A stretch of 64,000 nucleotides of DNA from Octopus sinensis (lineage: Eukaryota), in the NCBI RefSeq assembly GCF_006345805.1, contig NC_043007.1:9982001-10046000 (forward strand), read 5' to 3'. Positions 25,394-37,089 of the stretch are shown one piece after another; position 1 is the stretch's first letter, and every line of letters starts with the position of its first letter. The notes under the pieces were generated by a model, which had not been told where the DNA came from, did not search any database, and worked only from the letters and a program-made list of their open reading frames with translations. The translations under genes and the position numbers were made by a program.

Positions 25394-25982
25394 CCCTTTA
25401 GCATTCAGATTACTCTGTCAAATGTAATACTCTTTACTCTTTTCAGTCATTTGACTGCGGCCATGCTGGAGCACCGCCTTTAGTCAAGCAAATCGACTCC
25501 GGGACTTATTCTTTGTAAGCCCAGTACTTATTCTATTGGTCTCTTTTGACGAACCGCTAAGTGACGGGGACGTAAACACACCAGCATCGGTTGTCAAGCA
25601 ATGCTAGGGGGACAAACACACACACACACACATATATATATATACATATATACGACAGGCTTCTTTCAGTTTCCGTCTACCAAATCCACTCACAAGGCAT
25701 TGGTCGGCCCAGGGCTATGGCAGAAGACACTTTCCCAAGATGCCACGCAGTGGGACTGAACCCGGAACCATGTGGTTAGTTAGCAAGCTACTTACCACAT
25801 AGCCACTCCTGCGCCTAATCACATTGTTTTGGATTAATGGATTATGATGATGATGATGTGTGTGTGTGTGTGTGTGTTTTAATCATATTGTAGGATAGGT
25901 GTGACTGACCAGATCTGGCCAGTTTGAGAATAAAATAGGTAGAATATTTGGGTCAGGTAAGGCTGGTTTAAATTCTAATGGG
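25394..25982. mobile_element. piggyBac-like MITE (family H) interrupted by a family A SINE
   Basis: TTAA-CCCTTTAGCATT ... AATGGG-TTGA ends; homologs at 49930-50140 and 51068-51926. Confidence 0.7.
25428..25817 (-). mobile_element. Family A SINE, full length, young
   Basis: Near-identical in reverse complement to 54836-55240. Confidence 0.92.
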
Positions 25983-27170
25983 TTGAGTTGATGTCTGGAA
26001 CATGATTTAACATGGTTTTGATGGAAGGTTTCTATTTAAAATACTTTAAATCAAGAAATTTGTATCATAGGACCAAGGGCAGTCTCAGGTCTTGGCTAAG
26101 GTATATTAAAATTTGGTCAGTATTATATAAACCAGGTCTTAACTGTCCATATCACACTGCTTGAACCATCAGCCAATTCTCCCTCAAATGATAGGTTATC
26201 TTAAAAAGAAGGGGCATATTGGATAATGTAGTTCTTGACATTGACTAAAAACCTACAAAAAAAAAAAAAAAAAGCAGGGCTTTGCAATCATGTAATTTTG
26301 GGTTCAGTTCCAGCGCACAGCACCTTAGGTAACAGCAGACAAAAATTGTCAATGGCTTATGCTCCATAAGGACCAAAGCGCTTCAGAAAGATCAAAATAA
26401 ACCAAAAAAACACAAAAACCCCCCCAAAAAACCACATTGCTAAGCAAAGTTTTTAACCACACAGCCATGTCTGTGGTATGTGTTGAATACATTTTGTAAG
26501 CTGAAAACAATAAAATAATATGTTTCTATTGTACTAAGGAATTTACTAGAAAGTTGTGGAAAACAAAAAGGTAATTTGATTGATAAATATAGTTTCATAG
26601 TTTTAATTACTGTAGGAAATAGCTTGAGTTATATGAATGTTATTATTAGCAGAATTTATAGTAACTGAAACAAAAGGCTGGGTTTTTACATTTTCTTTTT
26701 AATGATGTCTCTCAAAGTAAAGGTGTGTGTATTACAGGAGTGTCAAGGCTGGATAGTTGAGATTCATGAAATATTATTTTACTACATGTCATGTTGGCTT
26801 ATCAATATTAATATCTTCTAGGTCATCAGCGATATTAATATCATCTAGGTGTAGCAGCTCAAGTTTACATACCCTTTTTGTTTAATTTATATTTCCATTC
26901 ATAATTGTCGATAGCAAGCATTCCCCTTACCCTTCCTGCTTGTTATTTTATGCTTTCATTCACTGTCATATATTCTATACTTTTAATGTATAGTTTACGG
27001 TCTACCTACGTGGTGCTGGGTAGGTATTTGGTGGGGGTAGTGTGTGTGTGTGTATCGAATATATAAAAATCTACACAGTAATGTAAAAATGCTAAGGAAA
27101 GAGGTGTCTAGATTATTTTAACATCTATCTGGAATAATTTCCTTTTATGAGACATCTCTTTGGTGTAGTG

Positions 27171-27372
27171 CTGTGGTTTTCAACCAGGGTTCCGCCAGTA
27201 CAGTGCAGGGGTTCCGCAAGAAGTTACAAAACTGCTAAAATCGGCAGTAATTTTTTAAGTCTCCTGTGCAGATATGTGTGCATAAGACTATTAAATTATT
27301 GCTCAGGGGTTCCTTGAGCCAGTGGAATGTTTCCTTGGGGTTCCGCTCCAGCAAAAAGTTTGAAAAGCACTG
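27171..27372. mobile_element. hAT-type MITE with 8 bp TSD
   Basis: Imperfect TIRs CTGTGGTTTTCAACC / GTTTGAAAAGCACTG; GTGTAGTG duplicated at 27163-27170 and 27373-27380; inserted in an old tRNA-like head. Confidence 0.85.
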
Positions 27373-27446
27373 GTGTAGTGGTTAGCTCTACACTAAACAC
27401 AGTGTTTGAGTCCTGTAGGCGATGTTATGACTTTTGAAATTTCACA

Positions 27447-27605
27447 CATGGCTGTGTGGTAACAAATTTGCTTCCTAATTACACAGTCTCAGGTTCACTC
27501 ACACTGCATGCCACCTTGGGTTAAGTGTCTTCTGCTGTGACCCTGGCCTGAACAAAGCCTTGTGAATGGATTTGATAAACAGAAACCGAAAGAAGTTCAT
27601 TGTGT
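27447..27605 (+). mobile_element. Family A/F SINE head fragment
   Basis: TGGCTGTGTGG A box and central module. Confidence 0.7.
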
Positions 27606-27631
27606 GTGTGTGTATATATATATATCCTCAT

Positions 27632-27852
27632 AAGGCGGCGAGCTGGCAGAAACATTAGTGTGCCGGGCGGTATTTCGTCTGCCATTACATTCTGAGTTCA
27701 AATTCCGCTGAGGTCGACTTTGCCTTTCATCCTTTCGGGGTTGATAAATTAAGTACCAGTTACGCACTGGGGTCGATGTAATCGACTTAATCCCTTTGTC
27801 TGTCCTTGTTTGTCCCCTCTATGTTTAGCCCCTTGTGGGCAATAAAGAAATA
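27632..27852 (+). mobile_element. Family B SINE, full length, with TSD
   Basis: GGCGGCGAGCTGGCAGAA head, GAGTTCAAATTCC B box, CCTTTCATCCTTTCGGGG.TCGATAAA central motif (resembles the Meta domain, from memory); TATATATATCCTCAT at 27617-27631 and 27861-27875. Confidence 0.9.
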
Positions 27853-27875
27853 TATATATATATATATATCCTCAT

Positions 27876-28290
27876 CATCATCCATCATCATCATACATTC
27901 GTTTTCCTTGCTGGCATGAGCTAGACACTCTGACTGGAGCTGATAAGCTAGAGAGTTTCACCAGGTTCCAGTTTGTTTTGGCTTGGTTTCTCTGGCTTGA
28001 TGCCCATTCTGGCACCAATCACTTCACAAAGTGTACCAAGTGCTTTTTACATGTCACTAGCATGGATACTTTTTATGTGTCTCCAACACAAGTGCCTTTC
28101 ACATATCACTGGTACTGGCTATGAGCATGATTTCACTTAACTAGATGTCTTCTCAAGCACAGCAACTCACCAGAAGCCTCGGTCACTTGACATTGCATAT
28201 ATGAGACTCATTATCTGAAGATCACATTTCAGTACCTTCTCCCATATCTTACTGGGCTTACCTCTTCCGCAAGTTTCCTCCACAATTAGA
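27876..28290 (-). mobile_element. RTE-type LINE 3' end: ORF2 terminus fused to a family C-type UTR
   Basis: Minus strand IVEETCGRGKPSKIWEKVLKCDLQIMSLIYAMSSDRGFW*VAVLEKT, continuing into AAAAAGCAC modules, the family C core and a (GAT)n tail. Confidence 0.75.
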
Positions 28291-28374
28291 GAATATATAT
28301 GTGTGTATGTGTGTGTTGGTATCAGTTTGTCTTGACAGTATGTGGTAGTTGTAAATGAATACCACTTTCATAGA

Positions 28375-28529
28375 AGCTGTGTGTGGTAAGTAGCTTGTTT
28401 ACCAACCACATGGTTCCGGGTTCAGTCCCACTGCGTGGCACCTTGGGCAAGTGTCTTCTACTATAGCCTCGGGCCAACCAAAGCCTTGTGAGTGAATTTG
28501 GTAGACGGAAACTGAAAGAAGCCCGTCGT

Positions 28530-28571
<42 letters not shown>

Positions 28572-28769
28572 CTGTGTTTGTCCCCCCAACATCGCTTGAC
28601 AACCGATGCTGGTGTGTTTACGTCCCCGTAACTTAGCGGTTCGGCAAAAGAGACCGATAGAATAAGTACTAGTCTTACAAAGAATAAGTCCTGGGGTCGA
28701 TTTGCTCGATTAAAGGTGGTGCTCCAGCATGGCCACAGTCAAGTGACTGAAACAAGTAAAAAAAAAAAA
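28375..28769 (+). mobile_element. Family A SINE, nearly full length, young
   Basis: Matches the family A consensus. Confidence 0.92.
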
Positions 28770-29464
28770 TAGTAATGTAAATGTCTCCTAAGTCCCAATG
28801 GGAATGTTGTGAACTGCTTAGCTTGGTGTGAAGCAGATGAGAAATAAAACTACCCGTAAATAAAACATCAATCTGTTGCATGTTGTTATTGTTTAGATCC
28901 AGGTTAGTCCTGATCAAGCAGACCTATCATCAAAGGGGTTCCAGCTACCACATACCTTACTTTTTTTAGCATTAAGGATGACTTCTTTAGTAATATCCAT
29001 CAGCTGAGACAGTAGGGTGTAGTTTGAAGGAGATTTGATTACCATTTCCTGCAGATTGAGCAGTCCCATAGAGATTTGTTTGTTAACATTCCTAGCTGGA
29101 CCACCTTTTAGAAATGTAATGAAACACCTTTGTGGATTTTAAATTTGTGAATTTATTTCATGCAGGTATGCTCTGGCAACCTGTCACCACTATCTTTACT
29201 CCCTTCCAGCTGCCCTCACAACTGTATAGCCATGTATGGTGAAACACCTGTGTTCTTCTATCATGCTTTAGTCTTGGCATAAAGACACTTCCCCATCTCT
29301 TGATTGAGGGGTTTTTTTTTTCCTATTTTCATTCTTTACTTTGTCTTGCAAGTTAATTGGTGACTGCACGAATCCTTGGTGTCCTGAAAAAAATCATCTA
29401 GTTCACACAAAAAATGAACTTTGAATGATGATGACGATGATGATCTACTACAAGCAAGTAGTCA

Positions 29465-29850
29465 CCTTATTACGGGAAGCTTTATGAAAATAGACAAAAG
29501 ACGAAGGCAGGTGGAGTACAAACAAACAATTGTATTAGTATGGCGCTCAGGAAATATAAATAAAACAAGTCTTTAACGTTTCGAGCCTACGCTCTTCAAC
29601 AGAAAGATACACAGAGAAAAAACACAGAAAGAAGGAGAGAAAAAAAATATGCGTGCAGAGGCTAGCGAATCAACATGGCGATCTGATTTCAGCCAGAAGT
29701 CAAAGATCAAACGTGAGACGCAAGAGCGAAATTAGGGGAGATAATAGGGTTAAATGACCTCGCTCCAACATAAGAGTGTGTGTGTGTGTATGAGAGAGTA
29801 TTAGTGCGTATGAGAGGTCTGGACGTGTGTATGTATATATGATGTGATGT
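29465..29850 (-). mobile_element. Penelope-like non-coding fragment with minimal hammerhead motif
   Basis: Shares GAAGAGC..GCTCGAAACGTTAAA and CCTGAGCG..CCA with 5170-5366 and 48390-48598; boundaries approximate. Confidence 0.55.
29570..29607 (-). ncRNA. Minimal type I hammerhead ribozyme-like motif (A6U variant)
   Basis: TCTTT-CTGTTGA-A-GAGC-GTAG-GCTC-GAAAC-GTT-AAAGA: 5 bp stem I, 4 bp stem II, palindromic AACGTT stem III. Confidence 0.6.
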
Positions 29851-30683
29851 GTAAAGTCGTATTAACTTAGCCATTTCACCTCTACAAAATCTCAAAGACT
29901 GGAAAACTTACATTCTTTGGTGAGCAAAATGTTAAGAAACCTCATCTATCTGAAATAAAAGAAATGAAGTATAGAGCAAGAGCAATAGTAACTAAAAGAA
30001 AAGAAGTCTTTAGTTTAAACAATCGTTTGATAACAGCTAATCCACGAGAATTTCATAAACAAAGAAGTTGTTTTATTCAACAATGGTTACAATTAACAGT
30101 ATTTTACACTACCATGCTTGTTATCAGTTTGACAGTTTTGAGAATTAATATTTACTACTTCTCTCCTTCTGTCTGTCTGTCTGTCTCTCTCCCTTCCCCT
30201 CTATCCCTCTTTTTCCTTGTCACACTGACACTCACAAGTTTCAAATTTACTTAACCCCTAGTTTACATATTTTATTTGTAAGGCCTCACTGATAAGTTGA
30301 TTCTCTTCTTTACTTTTCTAGTACACACACACACACATACACACACTCATTCATACAGCTCCATGCACATACACACACATTCATGCACACCAACATTTTA
30401 AACAAACATGCTTGTATATTTATAAATCAATTGTACAGTCAATTAACTTATGATATACTGAGATTTTCACTTCTACATGTAATTTATAAATGCAAGACAG
30501 GTGTAAATGTCAAGTTTTTGGCCACATCTATTTGGCTAATTTTGTGAAAATTATTAGTATTTGAGTCAAGTTTGTGTCTTTAAAACCTGTTGCAACCCCA
30601 GTTTTTTGGGGTTTTTTACCCCCCAGAAAAACCCTGCAACTAAGCAGAGGTCACTTGCTGATCCTTTCTGCAGGGATATACCT

Positions 30684-30906
30684 ATTTCTTTATTACCCAC
30701 AAGGGGCTAAACATAGAGGGGACATACATAGGTATTAAGTCGATTACATCGACCCCAGTGCGTAACTGGTACTTAATTGATCGACCCCGAAAGGATGAAA
30801 GGCAAAGTCGACCTCGGCGGAATTTGAACTCACAACATAACAACAGACGAAATACGGCTACGCATTTCGCCCGGCGTGCTAACATTTCTGCCAACTCGCC
30901 GCCCTC
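30684..30906 (-). mobile_element. Family B SINE with 13 bp TSD
   Basis: CAGGGATATACCT at 30671-30683 and 30907-30919. Confidence 0.93.
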
Positions 30907-31181
30907 CAGGGATATACCTGGACACTAACTAAGATTTTATTGAATGAAAATGACATAGCATGTCCAGATGTGTATGTACCTTTATTTCTGCTATTAGTAT
31001 AAGATGGTAGTTTCTTCCAATATGGTCACTGCCAACTGGCTGGAACCAGTAACAGAGAATATCTGTCTGCCTATTTGTGTTGCTCTATCTGAGCAATGAA
31101 GAGAGCAAATGTCAATTGCTCAGCAAGTGAGAAGTGTCCTGCTTTTGGTAGGTTATGCAACGTGTTTGCTCCATCACTAAA

Positions 31182-31524
31182 TGTGAAGGGTCATAGCTCA
31201 GTAGTTTGAGCATCAGGCTCACAATCACGAGGCAGTGAGTTCAATTCCTGGGCTGGGTTGTATGTTGTGTTATTGAACAAGACACTTTATTTCACATTGC
31301 TCCAGTTCATTCAGCTGTAGAAATGAGTTATGGCGTCACTGGTGCCTAGCTGTACCAGCCTTTCCCCTTGGATAACATTGGTGGCATGGAGAGGGGAGGC
31401 TGGTATGCATGGACAATTGCTGGTCTTCCATAAACGACCTTGCCTGGATTTGTGTCTTGGAGGATAATTTTCTAGGAGCAATCCCATGGTCATTCATGAC
31501 ATTGAAGAGATCTTTACCCTTTAC
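31182..31524 (+). mobile_element. Family D SINE
   Basis: Colinear with 2327-2664. Confidence 0.85.
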
Positions 31525-31791
31525 ATTTTTAAATACGTTACCACCTCTAACTTAAAATATATATACACATATGAGAGAGAATCCACTAAAGTGGATGCCC
31601 TTTCGCTAACCACTTTAGTCCACTTTAGGGGATTCTCTCTCATATATGTATTAATAATATTTACTGAATCTCGGTTTTTTATGCGCTAAACCACTTGTGT
31701 TAAATTGATGTTATTAAATTAATATACAATTTTTTCGCCCTCATTTTGATTTTAATACATATATATATATATATATATATATACATACATA

Positions 31792-32489
31792 CCGTAAATC
31801 CTCGAGTATAATCTGTACTTTTTCCCAAAATTTAAAGGTCAAAATCCCTAGCGCATACTATATACGAGGTTAAAAATGAAAATTATTTTCTAAGCAATGT
31901 CCGAGTCTCTATTTACTGTCCGGCAATGTTTATTCAGACGCATTTTGTGATGTCGGGCGTGAAAATACCTTAACCCTTTCATTACTGTATTTATTTTGAG
32001 ATGTTCTGTGTTTCTTTCAATTACTTTAAATATAACAAAGAATTTAGTAAAATAACTTAGTTATCATTAAGCCAGTGTTAGGAACATAAATTGTGACTAA
32101 GGTTTGGTGGAAGATTTTAATTCAAATGGAAACAAGACATTTGTACTCAGAGCCAGAGCCGGTTTCAGCCGGGTTGGTAACAAAAGGGTTAAATCATCCA
32201 TAACTTGTAGTTAGCAACATTTATTTAATGTTATTACTGTTATTTCTTTATTTTCTGCAAACAAAATGCACAAAAAAGCTACACGTTTGCATTATGTTAT
32301 ATATACAATAATAATAAAGGACATTACTGTATAGATTTTTACAAACCAAGGACGTTATATAGCCCTCCTTGACTCAAGTTAGAGAAGGGGTGCGTATTAT
32401 ACACAAGGTTTAGGTTTTTCAGAGGTACAGCCCCCTAAAAATCCCCTGCATATTATACTCAAGGGCGGACTATACTCGAAGATTTACAG
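31792..32489. mobile_element. Tc1/mariner-superfamily (pogo/Tc2-like) non-autonomous element, TA-flanked
   Basis: TIRs CCGTAAATCCTCGAGTATA / TATACTCGAAGATTTACAG (17/19 match), TA on both sides. Confidence 0.8.
31974..32188. mobile_element. piggyBac-like MITE nested in the TA-flanked element
   Basis: TTAA at 31970-31973 and 32189-32192; CCCTTT..TTAC / GTAA..AAAGGG ends. Confidence 0.75.
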
Positions 32490-32879
32490 TACATAAACAC
32501 ACACATATATATAGTCACTTGTCATGTCATGGTTCACCTATCGTACCTTCAGTACATTGCCGATTTTTCTGACTAATGTGTGTAAATTTATGTCATGGGC
32601 TCCTCAGCTGATAGGTATTTAGAATTTTTTTTTTTAGATTTTAATTATTTCTGTGGTAAAATAAGCATTTTCATGCCTTAAAATTAATAAGTAAAAATAC
32701 AGTACTGTATAACACATTAATTAATATATATTAAAAGAAAATATGTAGTGTACTGTAAATGAGTGAACAAAGAATCACACATACTGTAAAAAGAGAAGAA
32801 ACGGGCACTCCTAAGTGTATGGGTCGAGTTTATAAAAGCTTAAATAATAAAATATATACAATAAGTAAAAGAGTAATGT

Positions 32880-33055
32880 ATATACACACACACACACACA
32901 CACAACAGGCTACTTTCAGTTTCTACCTACCAAATCCACACACAAAGCTTTCATTGGCTTGAGGCTCTAATAGAAAACACTTGCCCAAAGTGTCATATAG
33001 TGGAACTGATCCCAGAACCATGTGGTTGGGAAGCAAGCTTCACCACAGCCATACC
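32880..33055 (-). mobile_element. Family A SINE head half
   Basis: Matches the family A head and central module. Confidence 0.75.
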
Positions 33056-33078
33056 TACATTTATATATATGATGTTGT

Positions 33079-33310
33079 GAGCTGTGAGCTGGCAGAACCG
33101 TTAGCACTCCGGGCGAAATGCGTAGCTGTATTTCGTCTGCCGTTACGTTCTGAGTTCAAATTCCGCCGAGGTCGACTTTGCCTTTCATCCTTTCGGGGTC
33201 GATTAAATAAGTACCAGTTACGCACTGGGGCCGATGTAATCGACTTAATTTCTTTGTCTGTCCTTGTTTGTCCCCTCTATGTTTAGCCCCTTGTGGGCAA
33301 TAACGAAATA
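33079..33310 (+). mobile_element. Family B SINE with 17 bp TSD
   Basis: TATATATATGATGTTGT at 33062-33078 and 33311-33327. Confidence 0.93.
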
Positions 33311-33519
33311 TATATATATGATGTTGTTGTTTAGCCCACGTCAACCTTGAATGAGCCGACCGACCTTTGATGAAATCAAAGGCCTTTTCAGAAATAGTGT
33401 AAAATTATGTATAGTAAAATTCTTAAATTTTAAATATAATTCAATCTATTTTTTAATTACTTTACTTATAGCAAATGCTTTTTTTTTTTTTGTTTTTGTT
33501 TTTCTTCTTCCTATGATAG

Positions 33520-33661
33520 CATGGGTTGAAAGATTCTGCAGATTCAAATATTTGCATGAATTCTCGGATCGGGTGTTTTTGCTGTTGGATACCTTCCCCT
33601 AATTATTGCCATCTAATCATGAAGTGGGATTAATTGTTATTTTTTGGCTGCTTAAACTGAG
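33520..33661 (+). other. Candidate non-coding exon (142 nt)
   Basis: Long U-rich tract ending CCTATGATAG, donor CTGAG|GTAAGT; stops in all three frames. Confidence 0.35.
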
Positions 33662-33847
33662 GTAAGTACAGCAAAATATTTTGCCTCAGCTATGGTAATT
33701 ACAAACAGCAGTTGTGCACTTTAATTAATCATTGTTACAACACTCCTATTCCGCTACTTATATTTCTTTCAGAAAGAGACCGTTATATAATATTTCTGCC
33801 ATCTTAATTCATTGAATAAAATTGCTGGCATGGTAGGCATATGTTTG

Positions 33848-34215
33848 GCTGTGTGAGGGAGAAGCTTGCTTCCCAACCATATGATCTTGGGTTTAGTTTC
33901 ATTATGTAGCACCTTGAGCAAAAACCTTCTGCTATAGGCCTGGACCAACCAAAGCCATGAGCATAGATTTGCTACATGGAAACTGAAAGAAGCTCATCAT
34001 ATATGTGTGTGCCCTTGTCTTGACATCATGTGATGGTTGTAAGCAAGCATCATTGTCATACAAGCAGTGTTGTTTGTTCCCAGTCTTCATGGAAAACATG
34101 TCTAGCTGTGAGAAATAATACTGTGCTGGGAAACAGGTGAAGGTTGGCAACAGGAAGGGCAATCTGGCTGTTGAAAATCTGCCCCAACAGATTCTGTTTG
34201 ACCCATGCAAGTGCA
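33848..34215 (+). mobile_element. Family F SINE
   Basis: A-type head plus GGAAACAGGTGAAGGTTGGCAACAGGAAGGGCAATC...GACCCATGCAAG 3' body. Confidence 0.8.
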
Positions 34216-34964
34216 AGCATTGTCTTCATGTCAGCTTTACATGAAAGATATATTCACTTTCTGAAAAATGCCTTTTTTTTTTCCCCATTTTAGCCCTTTC
34301 GTGATCTATTCAAATGAAATACACTGAAATCATCATCATCGTTTAACGTCCGCTTAAACGATGATGATGAAATATATGTTTCAATTAATTTTGAAAATAA
34401 TCAAGAATATGGGAAAAATTTAAGATTAGTAACCAAGTTCTATATTATCAAGTTGATGTTTAGAACATAACAATAGATTGAAAAGTTCTTAGATAAAATT
34501 AAATTGGAAGGTTTTAATTTAAATATGATGTAGAGATTTGCGTCTTGGAACCGAGAGTGTTCTCAGGTGGGTTATTATCATTATTTGCAGCAGCAGTTAC
34601 ATTGCTATTATAATCATCATGTTCATCATTTGTTTAGCATCATCTTTTCCCCATGTTATCTTGTGTAAAATGTATCTGTTTATTTAACCCTTTTCTAATC
34701 TCTGATAAGAGACACTCATAATTCTAGAATCTGATTTTAACATCATGTAGTCTTATTCATCTTACAACCTACCTCTGCTTACTGTTGATTAACAAACGGT
34801 GCTACTTCCACTTGGCATGCTTCATCTATATACGTTTTATGTAATTTTGTATTGTGGGTAGATGTGGCTGTGTGGTACGAAGTTTGCTTCCCAGCCGCTG
34901 TCTTCCATAGCCCCTGGCCAACCAAAGCCTTGTGAGTGAATTTGGTAGACAGAAACTGAGGCAA

Positions 34965-35145
34965 CCTCACTAGTGCTTTGCACCACATAAAAAGCACCCA
35001 GTATACTCTGTTGAGTAGTTGGCGTTAAGAAGGTCATCCAGCCATAGAAAGCATATTGAAGCAGACATGGAACCTGGCAGAACCCTCTTCTTGTGAAACT
35101 GTTCAACCTATGCCAGTATAGAAAAGGGAACTTTAAATGATGATG
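34965..35145 (+). mobile_element. Family C element, degenerate
   Basis: CACATAAAAAGCACCCAG...GGCGTTAAGAAGG...(GAT)n. Confidence 0.7.
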
Positions 35146-35236
35146 AGTAATACACACAAACACACAAACTGTTAATGTAGACAAGAATTAGGCATTTGTT
35201 TATTAAGTGAATGCATCTTTATATTTCAGAGGTTAG

Positions 35237-35402
35237 ATAGGCGCAGGAGTGGCTGTGTGGTAAGTAGCTTGTTTACCAACCACATGGTTCTGGGTTCAGT
35301 CCCACTGCCTGGCACCTTGGGCAAGTGTCTTCTACTATAGCCTCGGGCCGACCAAAGCCTTGTGAGTGGATTTGGTAGACGGAAACTGAAAGAAGCCCGT
35401 CG

Positions 35403-35441
<39 letters not shown>

Positions 35442-35645
35442 CTGTGTTTGTCCCCCTAGCATTGCTTGACAACCGATGCTGGTGTGTTTATGTCCCCGTT
35501 ACTTAGCGGTTTGGCAAATAGAATAAGTACTGGGCTTACAAAAGAATAAGTCCCGGGGTCGAGTTGCTTGACTAAAAAGATGGTGCTCCAGCATGGCCGC
35601 AGTCAAATGACTGAAACACAAGTAAAAGAGTGAAGAGTAAGAGTA
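35237..35645 (+). mobile_element. Family A SINE, full length, young
   Basis: ATAGGCGCAGGAGTGGCTGTGTGG head to GAGTAAGAGTA tail. Confidence 0.92.
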
Positions 35646-36359
35646 TAGGCATTGTTAAACAATAACTACATATTTCTAATTTTGTCCTAAATTTCATAAT
35701 CATTCTTGTATGATTAGCTGCAAATGTGAATAAATTATTCCAAGAACATCTTGCTGCTATGAAGAAGAAATTTATTTATGAACTGTTGGTATTTAGTTCT
35801 ATCTAGTTGCTATAATAATTGTTTCATTCATTGCAGTATATGTTGCGTACATTTTCTCAAAAATCTGTACAAGCCGCAAGAACGGTGAGTTAATAAAACT
35901 AGAAAGAAGGAAAAGAACATTAAGCTAATTAAATTTTGGGAAGGATTGCAATATCTAGCAGTTGATCCGAACTGCAGTGTGTGTGTGTGTGTGTATGTGT
36001 GTGTGATTGCATCATTAGCTAATGAACTTGTACTTCCCCTATCTTACACTCATTAGCATTTTTGGATCATTGATCTGTCTGCCTACTCTCCACCCCCTTC
36101 CTGCGTATGGCATTTTAACCAAAGCGAAACATGGTTACCTGTCAGTGAAATCTTATAATTATAATGAACATAATTACTGTATTGCAATTTTAATGTTGGA
36201 ACTCATGCTGTTAACATTCTAATAATATAAAAATATCATATTTACCATTTCGATGTTAAGGTGATGGATACTTAATAATAATAATAATAATAATAATAAA
36301 TTTCTTTTATAATGATAATAATGATACTAAATTATATATAAAAAAATTTTCTTCTTATT

Positions 36360-36605
36360 ATTATTGAGTTCAAATTCTACCGAGGTCAGCTTTGCATTTC
36401 ATCCTTTCGGGGTTGATAAATTAAGTACCAGTGGAACACTGAGGTCAATGTAAATTTCAGGCCTTGTGATTGTAATAGAAAGGATTATTATTATTATCAT
36501 TATCATTATTATTATCATTATCATTATTATTATCATTATTATCATTATCTTATTATTATTATTATTATCATTATTATTATCATTATCATTATTATTATCA
36601 TTATT

Positions 36606-36649
<44 letters not shown>

Positions 36650-36660
36650 TATTATTCTTA
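36360..36660 (+). mobile_element. Family B variant with alternative 3' end and long (ATT/ATC)n tail
   Basis: Family B central motif, then CAGGCCTTGTG..AATAGAAAGG(ATT)n, as at 59575-59760. Confidence 0.65.
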
Positions 36661-36893
36661 CTAACATGTCTGTCTTTGTATTGTCCTACGCATCCTTTGC
36701 CCTTGTGGCAAATAAATGAAATCATTACCACCACCACCACCACCATCATCATCATCATTATTAATTTTTCTGTCTTTCATTTGTAATCTTATTTGGGGTT
36801 AGAACAATGCTACATTGCTTCTGCATATGGTTATCAATCTTAACACTTAATTAAATCATTTTTACACTACATACAAGCAATATAATTTTCTAT

Positions 36894-36924
<31 letters not shown>

Positions 36925-37058
36925 CGAAGGCAATCCAGAACAGGTTTGGAGACTGCTGACCAGCATTTATTAAAATTAAAAAAAATATATATATACTCTA
37001 TAGATACAAGCAACAAAATTATGATCTAACATACTCAGCAGAATTCAAAACCATCAGT

Positions 37059-37089
<31 letters not shown>

